Notes under the pieces: model-generated
The model's input: only the letters and a program-made list of their open reading frames with translations
Databases searched by the model: none
Told to the model about the DNA's origin: nothing
In this document: one piece after another, positions 49,084 to 58,559 of the stretch
Numbering within the stretch: the stretch's first letter is position 1
Layout of the letters: each line of letters opens with the position of its first letter
Made by a program: the position numbers and the translations under genes
Origin: Alkalispirochaeta sp.
GTDB taxonomy: Bacteria; Spirochaetota; Spirochaetia; DSM-27196; Alkalispirochaetaceae
Length of the DNA stretch: 64,000 bases
Direction of reading: 5' to 3'
Assembly: GCA_965601925.1 (NCBI GenBank)
Contig: OZ271854.1
Location: 4,288,001-4,352,000, forward strand

Positions 49084-49596
49084 CTACACGGTACGCGGAC
49101 CGTCGCCGGGACCGGCGCTGACGGTGACGACCGCCTCGACCATCCAACAGTTGCGGTACGGCTCGGCGCTCTGCCTGCGAAGATAGAAGTCGTACACGAC
49201 GACATGCCCTTGGGTGTATACCGAGACGCGCTGTACCGCGACCTCGCCGCGCGTGACGGTGGGCGCCAACTCAAAGCGATCGTACTCCAACATGGCGCCG
49301 TACTCACCACCTTTTATCATAGCGGCAAACCGTTCGAGCGGGCCGGTGGAAAGACGGTTCGCGGGACTCGCAAAGCGGAAGGCTATCGCAATGCCCTCAT
49401 CGAGTTCGTTATTGTTTCCGAGGGCTCGAAGTTGTATATCGACCACATCGAGCGGCGAAAACGCAGGATCCGGAGTCAGCTCTCTCACCGGCGAAAGCCC
49501 GTCGGCGTTCGTGGTGCACGAGAGAAGCGCCGCCATAGCGGCCAAGACGAGAAGAAATCGTAAAAAAATGCCATACTGGCGGCGTGACGATACCAT
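49084..49596 (-). CDS. DUF4864-like lipoprotein
   Basis: Lipobox LLSC, PDPAFSPLDVVDIQLRAL, AFRFASPANR..TGPLERFAAMI and CWMVEAV. Confidence 0.75.
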   Translation of the reverse strand: MVSSRRQYGIFLRFLLVLAAMAALLSCTTNADGLSPVRELTPDPAFSPLDVVDIQLRALGNNNELDEGIAIAFRFASPANRLSTGPLERFAAMIKGGEYGAMLEYDRFELAPTVTRGEVAVQRVSVYTQGHVVVYDFYLRRQSAEPYRNCWMVEAVVTVSAGPGDGPRTV

Positions 49597-50933
49597 ATGT
49601 ACACGGTACGGCCGGCGAGAGGGCCTCGACAAGTCCACAGAAGCGTATCATCGATCTTGCGATAGTCGGGGCCGGTCCGCACGGCGTTCACCTGATGAGC
49701 CGGATCGTGGGTGAAGGAGTACTCGAGTCGGGGAGGTGCCTCCTCATCGATCCGGCCGACGCGCCTTTTGCACAATGGAATCGTCGCGCCGCGAATTGCA
49801 CGATGCCGTTTCTGCGCTCACCGGCGAGCCACGGTATCGACCCGGACTTTCGAGCCGTGAGACGGTCGGCTCCCGCAGACGGGGACGATCACTTTACCGC
49901 GCCCTACCATCGTCCTTCGGCAGCGCTGTTTGAGCGCCATCTCGCCGATCGCGCTCACCGCACCCTCGGTGGGGTATCGTTTCTCCGGGGTCGCGTCACC
50001 GACATTCGACCGAGCGCGGCAGCACGCTTTCGCCTACTCGTAGAACCCGCCATCGATACGGATCGCGCGGGAGAGGCGCTCGACTATCGTCCGGTACGTA
50101 TTGACGCGCGAGTGGTGATTCTCGCTCCTGGGCAACCGGAACCGCTACGTCCCACGCCGTTCGACACCCTCCCGTCCACCGCTCCGGTGTACCATGTTCA
50201 CGATCGAGATTTTGACCCCGCCGCGCTTCGGAGCGGTATGCGTGTCGCGCTGGTCGGCGGCGGCATTGCGGCCGCTCATCTCGCCGTAAGCCTCACGGCG
50301 CGCGGAGTGGGTTGCGAAATATGGAATAGAGATCGCATGACTTCATGGCAGTTCGATAGTGATCCGTGCTTCATCGGTCCCCGATGCGCGGCACTCTTCG
50401 CCGCGATCGAGGATTACGGACATCGGCGGGAGCTCATCAGAAGGAGCCGTCGCCCCGGAAGCCTGCCCCCGGACCTTTTTGAACAGCTCGCGCATCTGGT
50501 CGCCCACCGCCGCGTACTCGTCCGACGCGCGGAGGTAGAGTCCGCACGAGCCTCGGGGCGCACCGTCTCACTCGCCGGGCGGGCACCGGCATCGATACCG
50601 CGCCAAGCGATACCGCGTCAAGCGATACCGCGCCAAGCGATACTACGAAAGACGCCCCCGCACCGTGCCGAGTACGACGCAACCGTCCTATGTACCGGAT
50701 TCTCGTCAAGGCCGCCGATGGAGGAAACGATACGCGCTATCGCGGGGCGGTGGGACGTGCCGGTCACCGACGACACCTATCCCATATTGAGACGAGACCT
50801 CTCCTGGACGCCCGGCCTCTACGTCACCGGCGCATTGGCGGAGCTGGAGTTGGGACCGCCGGCTCGCAATCTCATCGGCGCCCATCTGGCCGGTAGACGC
50901 ATCGTTCCGTCCGTGCGACGCGACGTCTCATAG
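49584..50933 (+). CDS. FAD/NAD(P)-binding oxidoreductase
   Basis: IVGAGPHG, MPFLRSP, VGGGIAAAHL, LCTGF and GALAELELGP.ARNL.GA. Confidence 0.85.
   Translation: MTIPYVHGTAGERASTSPQKRIIDLAIVGAGPHGVHLMSRIVGEGVLESGRCLLIDPADAPFAQWNRRAANCTMPFLRSPASHGIDPDFRAVRRSAPADGDDHFTAPYHRPSAALFERHLADRAHRTLGGVSFLRGRVTDIRPSAAARFRLLVEPAIDTDRAGEALDYRPVRIDARVVILAPGQPEPLRPTPFDTLPSTAPVYHVHDRDFDPAALRSGMRVALVGGGIAAAHLAVSLTARGVGCEIWNRDRMTSWQFDSDPCFIGPRCAALFAAIEDYGHRRELIRRSRRPGSLPPDLFEQLAHLVAHRRVLVRRAEVESARASGRTVSLAGRAPASIPRQAIPRQAIPRQAILRKTPPHRAEYDATVLCTGFSSRPPMEETIRAIAGRWDVPVTDDTYPILRRDLSWTPGLYVTGALAELELGPPARNLIGAHLAGRRIVPSVRRDVS
50593..50643 (+). repeat. In-frame 15-bp tandem repeat (about 3.4 copies)
   Basis: CGATACCGCG(C/T)CAAG x3 plus CGATAC, encoding IPRQA repeats. 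Confidence 0.9.
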
Positions 50934-51647
50934 TCCGGAGATGCTGCCGAGGCCGCCGTCCACTCCGAGCACTTGCCCGGTGATCCAGTCGTTCCGTCCG
51001 TCGAGGAGAAAGACGGCCGCCCGCGCACTATCTTCCGGCGTACCGACGCGACCCAGGGGATGGCGCTCGGCGGACGCGTGCCGTTTTTTGTCGTTCGACA
51101 AGAGGCGTGCCGCGAGAGGCGTATCGGTGAGCGACGGAGCGACCACGTTAAACCGCACCCTCTTCGAGGCGTACTCGGCGGCCAAGCTGATCGCCAGTCC
51201 ACCCAACGCCGCCTTTGCACTCGCTATTGAGGCGTGAAACTGCATACCGATCCGCGCAGCCACCGTGCCGAACAACACCACCGACGCCCCGGAATGGATA
51301 AGCGCGTCGTGCGCGGCGGCGATGACGCGGACCGCGCCCACGACATTAACGGTGTAGTCCTCCACGTACGTCTCGGGTTTGAGACGTTGAAACGCCCCGA
51401 GACTGATCGTCCCCGGCGCATAGACGAGTCCGTCGAGGCGCTCGGGAAGCGCATAGGACTGTTCGGCAAGATCGCGCGTTACATCGATCCGTGCGTGTAT
51501 CGCGTCCGGTATCTCCGCCGTGTCCATCTCACGCCTGCTCCACAGGTATAGGCGCGCGCCCTCTTCTGCGAGGAGCCGGGCGGTGCTCAATCCGATACCG
51601 GAGGAGCCGCCTACTATCAGTATGTTCCGATTTTCAAACTGTCTCAT
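50928..51647 (-). CDS. Short-chain dehydrogenase/reductase
   Basis: VGGSSGIG, NVVAPSLTDTPL, HPLGRVG and ITGQVLGVDGG. Confidence 0.9.
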   Translation of the reverse strand: MRQFENRNILIVGGSSGIGLSTARLLAEEGARLYLWSRREMDTAEIPDAIHARIDVTRDLAEQSYALPERLDGLVYAPGTISLGAFQRLKPETYVEDYTVNVVGAVRVIAAAHDALIHSGASVVLFGTVAARIGMQFHASIASAKAALGGLAISLAAEYASKRVRFNVVAPSLTDTPLAARLLSNDKKRHASAERHPLGRVGTPEDSARAAVFLLDGRNDWITGQVLGVDGGLGSISGL

Positions 51648-51736
51648 GGAGAGTGAATATACGAACGAGAGGGGGCCAACGTCCGATCTCACGTCTCGCC
51701 GATATGCACGAACGAGATGCCCTCAGATGCCTCGTA

Positions 51737-52770
51737 TCACCGGCGTATGACGACTCCCGCCTCGCGCAACACCGTCTCTATGGCCCCGATAACGTACCGA
51801 TTCCCGCGGTAGTACCGAATTAGGCTCACGATCCGGTCGGCCCCATAGCGACCCCGATCGGGTAACGACTCGACCTGGTGCGCAATGTGCTCCGGTAAAC
51901 CGGGATTTACCTGAATGCTGCACGTGTCGTAGACCGCATTGGCCTTCTCCCGTACGACCACGGGGTGTATCGCAAACAACTCCTCCCGTGTGATCGCGGC
52001 GTAGCGACTCCCGAGGAGCTCCGCCTCCCGCATGAAGCGTGTAAAATACTCGTCGACGATCCCCTTCTCCGCCAGGATTTCGTAGTAACTCCGCGAGATA
52101 CGCAAGCCTCCCACCGGCGCGGTGGACTCCATCCTCTTGGCGTCGATGACGGGCATACCGATTACATCCCATTGCCGAGCGCCCTCGGGACCGAAGTTTC
52201 CGATGGTGACCTCACCGAGATTGGCCCCGATCCGAATGCGGATCCGGAACATCGCCGAGAGAGAGCTCGAAATCTCGGTGTCGTTGCGCAATCGCGTGAT
52301 GATCGCAAACGCGCTCTAAGACGATGCGCTCCTCTTCACCGGTCGTATCGCTCAAAACGCGCGTGTCGGCGCTGTTGAACAAGACGCATACGCGATGAAT
52401 CTCCACGCAGGTAAAAAAGAGCTCTCCGGCGATGTAGACTCGCAACTCGACCCGATCGTTGATTTTCCGCGCCCGCGAGTCGATGAGTCCGCCGTGGTGA
52501 AACATCAACGAGTCGCCCTCAATTTTGTTGAGCTACCCCCATGACGACGGAGCACGCTGTTGAACGCGGTATAGGGGCCGTTGAGAACTTCCTGATTCTC
52601 CTTCGGCGTCAAAAATTTAGAGAGGAACGTATCGTTCGCTATGTCGATAAATCCAATACCGACCTTCGCCTCCTCGCTCTCTCGCGGAATGCCTCCGACT
52701 TTGAGAATTGCGTCGACACGTTGTCGTAGGGGTAGAAGTCTTCGATTTGTTCGCGAAGTTGGGCCGACAT
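51737..52770 (-). pseudogene. Frameshifted class III adenylate/guanylate cyclase
   Basis: Joining frames gives IGFIDIA...RRHGG/LNKIEGDSLMF...IRIGANLGEVTIGNFG...WDVIG.PVIDAKRMES. Frame changes are needed near 52720, 52535 and 52312. Confidence 0.8.
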
Positions 52771-52814
52771 ATCTCTATGCCAATAGTCAGTGTAGGGCCG
52801 GGACGATGGCCGAG

Positions 52815-54701
52815 CTATACCGGAATGCGAGAAAAAAAGTCTTCCTCGCTAATGATCGGAATCTCCAACTCCCGCGCCTTCTTTGCCTTGGCCGAACGCG
52901 ATTCGGGGTCATTGGTGACGAGATAACTTAACTCCGCCGATACGCTGCTGCGCGCCTGCCCTCCGTATCGCCGCACAAGCTTCTCCGCTTCCGATCGCGT
53001 GGTGCGCGTGAGGGTACCGGTAAAGCAGAACGTGAGGCCCGCCAGCGGTTGTTCTTCGACCGTCGTCGGCGAAGCGGGAGCCTCGATAGAGACGGCTCCT
53101 CCCGCCAGAAGACGATCCATCGCCTCGCGCACCGACTGAAGTCCCTCGGCTACCTGTACCGCCGTCGCTTCGGCGATCCCCTCTGCAGTAGCCAGTTCCG
53201 CCGGCGAAGCGGCCCGCAAAGACTCGAGCGTGTCGAATCCGCCGTCCGCCAGTTTTTGAATTTTCAGCTCCGCGATCCCCGCGATATCGAAGCCGGCGAC
53301 AAAACGGGCAAGGGGAATGACGGCGACCGCTCGGAGATTACCCAGAGCCTTGCGAGCGCTTAGCTCTCCCATACCCTCGAACTCGGCGATCGTCTCCCAC
53401 GACACGGTGTAGAGATCGGCGATCTCCCGTACGATGCCGTCGTCGAAAAGACGTTTGAGGAGCACGTCGCCGAAATCCCGTACATCCAAAACGCGAATCC
53501 ATTTCTGGAGCCGATGAAAATCGCGGCGGGGACACGCCACGTTGGGGCAGTAGAGTCGCTTGCCCTCATTTACCAACTCGGTCCCACAGGTGGAACAACG
53601 CTCCGGTATTTCGATACTTCGCGAATCGTCGCCGTGGCGAATCAGCCGTTCGATTTTAGGAATGATGTCACCGCGCTTGGTGACCATGACTTCGCTGTTG
53701 ATGCGCAAATCCATCTCCGCGATGAGTTCGGGATGCACCAAACTGGCGCGCCGCACCGTCGTGCCGGCGAGTTGGACCGGATCGATGATGCCCACCGGCG
53801 TGTAGAGATGCCCCGATTCGCTCCACTCGACCGCTCTCAACACGCTCGCAGCCTCCTCGGTGGAGAACTTGAACGCGACCTGCTTTTGGGGGCGCGAGCG
53901 TTGCATGTCGGCGATATCGATCTCCGGCCCCTTCACGACCAGCCCGTCGATATCGTATCCCAACTCGCTCCGCGCTTCACTCACGACGTCGCGATGGTGG
54001 ATGACCTCATCGGGTGTGTCGAGAACGACGTACGGGACGATTGCGAAGCCCTGCGCCTCTATCCAGGAGATCTTTTCAATCTCGTCGGCGAACGGACGCT
54101 CGCCTTCGGTGAAGGCGTCGTAGGCGAGGATTCGAAGATGCTCGCTCCCCTTGCCGTCCTTACGTTTCATGAGTCCGTTGGCGGCGTTGCGACAGTTTGC
54201 TTTGTCGGAGTAATGCAGACGGTGAACTTCGTGCGTCATGATCACCTCGCCGCGGACCGCTCCGCTGAACGGCGACGGTAGTTGTTTCGGTACGCCCGCC
54301 ATGCGGCTGACGTTGTCGGTGATATCGTCTCCGACGCGCCCGTCGCCTCTGGTCACGCCGTGAACGAAGCGTCCCTCGTGATACTGAAGCTCAATGCTCG
54401 CACCGTCCAGTTTGTGTTGGACGATATACCGCTCATGCCCGGCCCGTTCCGTCCACTTGCGAAACTGTTCGGGAGTACTCGCCTTATCTTGACTGTTCAT
54501 CGGCATGAGATGTTCGCGCTTTGTCGCTCCACCCGCGCCGTCGGCGCCGACGCGCGAGAAGATCGGATGGTCCGGTGCGCGATCGACCAGCTCGTCCCAT
54601 AACGCATCGAATTGTGCGTCGGTGATCTCCGGTTGGTCGTTGTAATACTTGTCTTGGTGGTACTCAATCAAACGAGCCAGGTTTTCTATCGATAGCGCCA
54701 T
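52815..54701 (-). CDS. ligA: NAD-dependent DNA ligase
   Basis: YYNDQPEITDAQFD, KLDG, TRGDG, RNAANG, DGLVVK, Zn finger CSTC...CPNVAC, and a BRCT tail. Real start is ATG 54701. Confidence 0.96.
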   Translation of the reverse strand: MALSIENLARLIEYHQDKYYNDQPEITDAQFDALWDELVDRAPDHPIFSRVGADGAGGATKREHLMPMNSQDKASTPEQFRKWTERAGHERYIVQHKLDGASIELQYHEGRFVHGVTRGDGRVGDDITDNVSRMAGVPKQLPSPFSGAVRGEVIMTHEVHRLHYSDKANCRNAANGLMKRKDGKGSEHLRILAYDAFTEGERPFADEIEKISWIEAQGFAIVPYVVLDTPDEVIHHRDVVSEARSELGYDIDGLVVKGPEIDIADMQRSRPQKQVAFKFSTEEAASVLRAVEWSESGHLYTPVGIIDPVQLAGTTVRRASLVHPELIAEMDLRINSEVMVTKRGDIIPKIERLIRHGDDSRSIEIPERCSTCGTELVNEGKRLYCPNVACPRRDFHRLQKWIRVLDVRDFGDVLLKRLFDDGIVREIADLYTVSWETIAEFEGMGELSARKALGNLRAVAVIPLARFVAGFDIAGIAELKIQKLADGGFDTLESLRAASPAELATAEGIAEATAVQVAEGLQSVREAMDRLLAGGAVSIEAPASPTTVEEQPLAGLTFCFTGTLTRTTRSEAEKLVRRYGGQARSSVSAELSYLVTNDPESRSAKAKKARELEIPIISEEDFFSRIPV

Positions 54702-54721
54702 TTTATCTACCAATATACGAC

Positions 54722-54762
54722 AAAAAAAGGCCTGCGAGGAAAGGAGGTGAACCCCGCAGGCC
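54722..54762 (-). terminator. Intrinsic terminator downstream of lipA with an anti-SD sequence in its loop
   Basis: Minus strand GGCCTGCGGGG-TTCACCTCCTTT-CCTCGCAGGCC-TTTTTTT. Confidence 0.8.
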
Positions 54763-54868
54763 AAACACTGCTGACTCACCCTCACAAACAACGTATGCCG
54801 AAAAAGGTAACAGCAAGAACACAAAAAAAGATGTTCTGCGATGGGACGCGTATCGCCACGCGCCGTCG

Positions 54869-55768
54869 CTACGCCTCTTTGTAGAGCGGGTGGACTCGCC
54901 TTCGGTACGCCTCGTATCCCTCGCCGGCGTGGTACGATGAGCGTACGAGGGGGCCGGCGTCGCAATGGACAAATCCCTTCTCCAGGGCCCGGTGGCGCAA
55001 CTCGTCGAACTCCTCCGGCATCCAGTACCGCTGGACCGGCAGATGCGTGCGCGAAGGCTGGAGATACTGCCCCACGTTGAGGATCTGAATGTCGTGGCTC
55101 CGTAGATCGTCCATCGCCTCCAACACCTCGTCGCGGCTCTCTCCCAAACCGAGCATCAAACTGGACTTGGTTACCGCCTCCGGAGCGATCTCCCGCGCCG
55201 TCTTCAAGACCCGCAATGATCGGTCGTAGTCGCTGCGGGAGCGCACTTGGGGCGTCAATCGACGTACCGTCTCCAGGTTGTGACTCATAATCTCGGGCTC
55301 GGCGGCCATAACGGTCTCGACCGCCGTACGATTACCCATGAAGTCACTGGTCAGGACCTCCACCGTACACTCGTCCGTCGCGCCGTGAATCGCGCGCACC
55401 GTGTTGGCCATTACCTCCGCGCCGCCGTCTTTGAGGTCGTCGCGATTGACCATGGTAATCACCACGTGACGCAGATCCATGGCCGCCACCGAATCGGCAA
55501 CCCGCTTGGGCTCGCCGAGGTCGAGCATACTGGGGAGGCCGGTTTTCACGGCGCAGAAGCGACAGCGTCTCGTACACGTGTCGCCCAGGATCATGAATGT
55601 TGCGGTGCGATGCTGTCCCCAACACTCGTGAATATTGGGGCACCGAGCCTCTTCGCACACCGTATTGAGACGCTCCTCCCGCATGAGCTTCTTGAGGTAG
55701 CGAAAGTTATCGTTCGTGTTCAACTGTATCTTGAGCCAGTCCGGCTTCCTCGTTATCTGCGTTGCCAT
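54869..55768 (-). CDS. lipA: Lipoyl synthase
   Basis: [38 protein letters not shown] and VRSSY. Confidence 0.97.
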   Translation of the reverse strand: MATQITRKPDWLKIQLNTNDNFRYLKKLMREERLNTVCEEARCPNIHECWGQHRTATFMILGDTCTRRCRFCAVKTGLPSMLDLGEPKRVADSVAAMDLRHVVITMVNRDDLKDGGAEVMANTVRAIHGATDECTVEVLTSDFMGNRTAVETVMAAEPEIMSHNLETVRRLTPQVRSRSDYDRSLRVLKTAREIAPEAVTKSSLMLGLGESRDEVLEAMDDLRSHDIQILNVGQYLQPSRTHLPVQRYWMPEEFDELRHRALEKGFVHCDAGPLVRSSYHAGEGYEAYRRRVHPLYKEA

Positions 55769-55951
55769 TGCATTAACCTATCCACATTATGAGCGGTTGG
55801 TAAAGTCGCCGCAACGATACCGCCGTCTCCGTGGCTCCGGGCGGATACGGTTCGACCGTGGGAACGGCGACTTCAGGCTCCGCCTGCCGAGTCGTTCGCC
55901 CCGTCGGCCCGGCTCGATGCGGGTAGCAACATACGACCGAGAACGCGCCGC

Positions 55952-55980
55952 TTGACAGCCGCCGATCGCATCCATACTGT
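55952..55980 (+). promoter_or_regulatory. Sigma70-type promoter of the rhomboid-prfA-prmC-rel operon (leaderless geometry)
   Basis: TTGACA-17-TACTGT, followed by 6 nt and then ATG 55987. Confidence 0.7.
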
Positions 55981-55986
55981 GACGCA

Positions 55987-56544
55987 ATGAGAGTCAGATA
56001 CAACGCCCCGGTGACGCTTACCTTCGCGCTCGTATCGTCGCTGGTGCTCATGCTCGATCAGACGATCATGCCGACCCTCTTGGAACGTCTGTTCGTCGTC
56101 GGACCGAGGATGAATCCCGTTAACCCTATTGATTACGTGCGCCTGTTCACCCACGTCGTCGGACACTCGAGCTGGGCGCACCTCATGGGAAACTTCGCTT
56201 TCATTTTACTTCTGGGTCCCATTTTAGAAGAGAAGTACGATTCAGGCGGCCTGTTGGTGATGATCGCCGTAACCGCGTTGGTAACCGGACTATTGAACGT
56301 ACTCTTCTTACCCAGCGGCCTTCTCGGCGCCAGTGGTGTAGTGTTCATGATGATCCTGCTGGTGTCGTTTACCAACATTAGGCAAGGCGAAATTCCTCTG
56401 ACATTTATCCTGATCGTCATCCTCTATCTCATACAGGAGATCGTCGACTCCCTTCGAGCCGACTCGGTGGCGCAGTTCGCGCATATTGCCGGCGGGGTGA
56501 TCGGCAGCCTCTTCGGCTTTCTACGCCCCCACAAACGAGATTAA
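55987..56544 (+). CDS. Rhomboid family intramembrane serine protease
   Basis: HSSWAHLMGN, GASG and AHIAGG. Confidence 0.9.
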   Translation: MRVRYNAPVTLTFALVSSLVLMLDQTIMPTLLERLFVVGPRMNPVNPIDYVRLFTHVVGHSSWAHLMGNFAFILLLGPILEEKYDSGGLLVMIAVTALVTGLLNVLFLPSGLLGASGVVFMMILLVSFTNIRQGEIPLTFILIVILYLIQEIVDSLRADSVAQFAHIAGGVIGSLFGFLRPHKRD

Positions 56545-56559
56545 AAGAGAGATATATCG

Positions 56560-57617
<1,058 letters not shown>

Positions 57618-57621
<4 letters not shown>

Positions 57622-58559
57622 CGCGCCCTCGCTCCGTCCCCGACCTCGGGACGTTCGTAACCGAGGCGGTGCAGCGTCTCTCGGACAGCGCCACGCCGCG
57701 CCTCGACGTACTCATGCTGATAGAGAATATCAGCGGACTCGGTCGCGCCGATGTGTTGGCCGAGCTACGACAACCGGTCGACGCCGTTCTCTCTCCCGAT
57801 GGACGCGCACGCTTCGTCTCGGACCTTGCGCGGCGCGCTCGCGGGATACCCATGGCCTACATCGTCGGGCGCAAAGAGTTCTACGGCCGTGACTTCGCCG
57901 TCGGTCCCGGCGCGCTCGTTCCCCGCCCCGAGACGGAGCATCTCGTGGACCGCGCCTTGGAGCTCATCGACGGCCAATCGGCTCCTTCGATCCACGATTG
58001 TTGCACGGGAACGGGGTGCATCGGCATAACGATCGCGAGAGAGTGTTTTGAGCGGGGACAGAGCGTGCGGGTCGTTTTGAGCGACCTTCACGAGGATGCT
58101 CTCGCATGGGCGCGCCGCAACGCTCGCTCGATACTGGGGCCGATGGACCGAGGGTGTTATCGCATCGAGATCCGCGATCTTCTGGAGTGGCCCGCAGCGG
58201 ACGGCGCGCAACACGACGTATGGCCCGCCCCGACGATAATCACCGCCAATCCACCCTATTTGACCACCGCCGAACGCACGGCCGCCTTGGCGCAGGGCTG
58301 GGGCGAACCTGTGGACGCGTTGGACGGCGGGGAAGACGGGCTTGCCCTCTATCCACGCCTGGCTCGCGAAGCGTTTGAAAGGTTGGCGTGGGATGGGTAC
58401 TTTTTGGTCGAACACGGTGCCGGTCAATCGGAACGCGTCGTCGAGATGGTGGCTCGAGCGGGCTTCACCTCCCCGACCGTCGGCCACGATTTAGCAGGAA
58501 TCGAGCGATTTGTCGTGGGTAGAAAGATCGGAACCGGGACGACCGACAAGAGCGTATGA
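57618..58559 (+). CDS. prmC: Release factor glutamine methyltransferase
   Basis: [19 protein letters not shown] and ALDGGEDGL; follows prfA with an ATGA overlap. Confidence 0.93.

Noticed and set aside
54740..54752. 16S rRNA 3'-end sequence as an rRNA gene remnant
   Set aside because: Only the ~11-nt anti-SD matches, with no other 16S sequence nearby; treated as a terminator-loop feature instead.
54702..54965. 88-aa N-terminal extension of LigA
   Set aside because: It runs through the lipA 3' end and a terminator; ligase similarity begins at ATG 54701.
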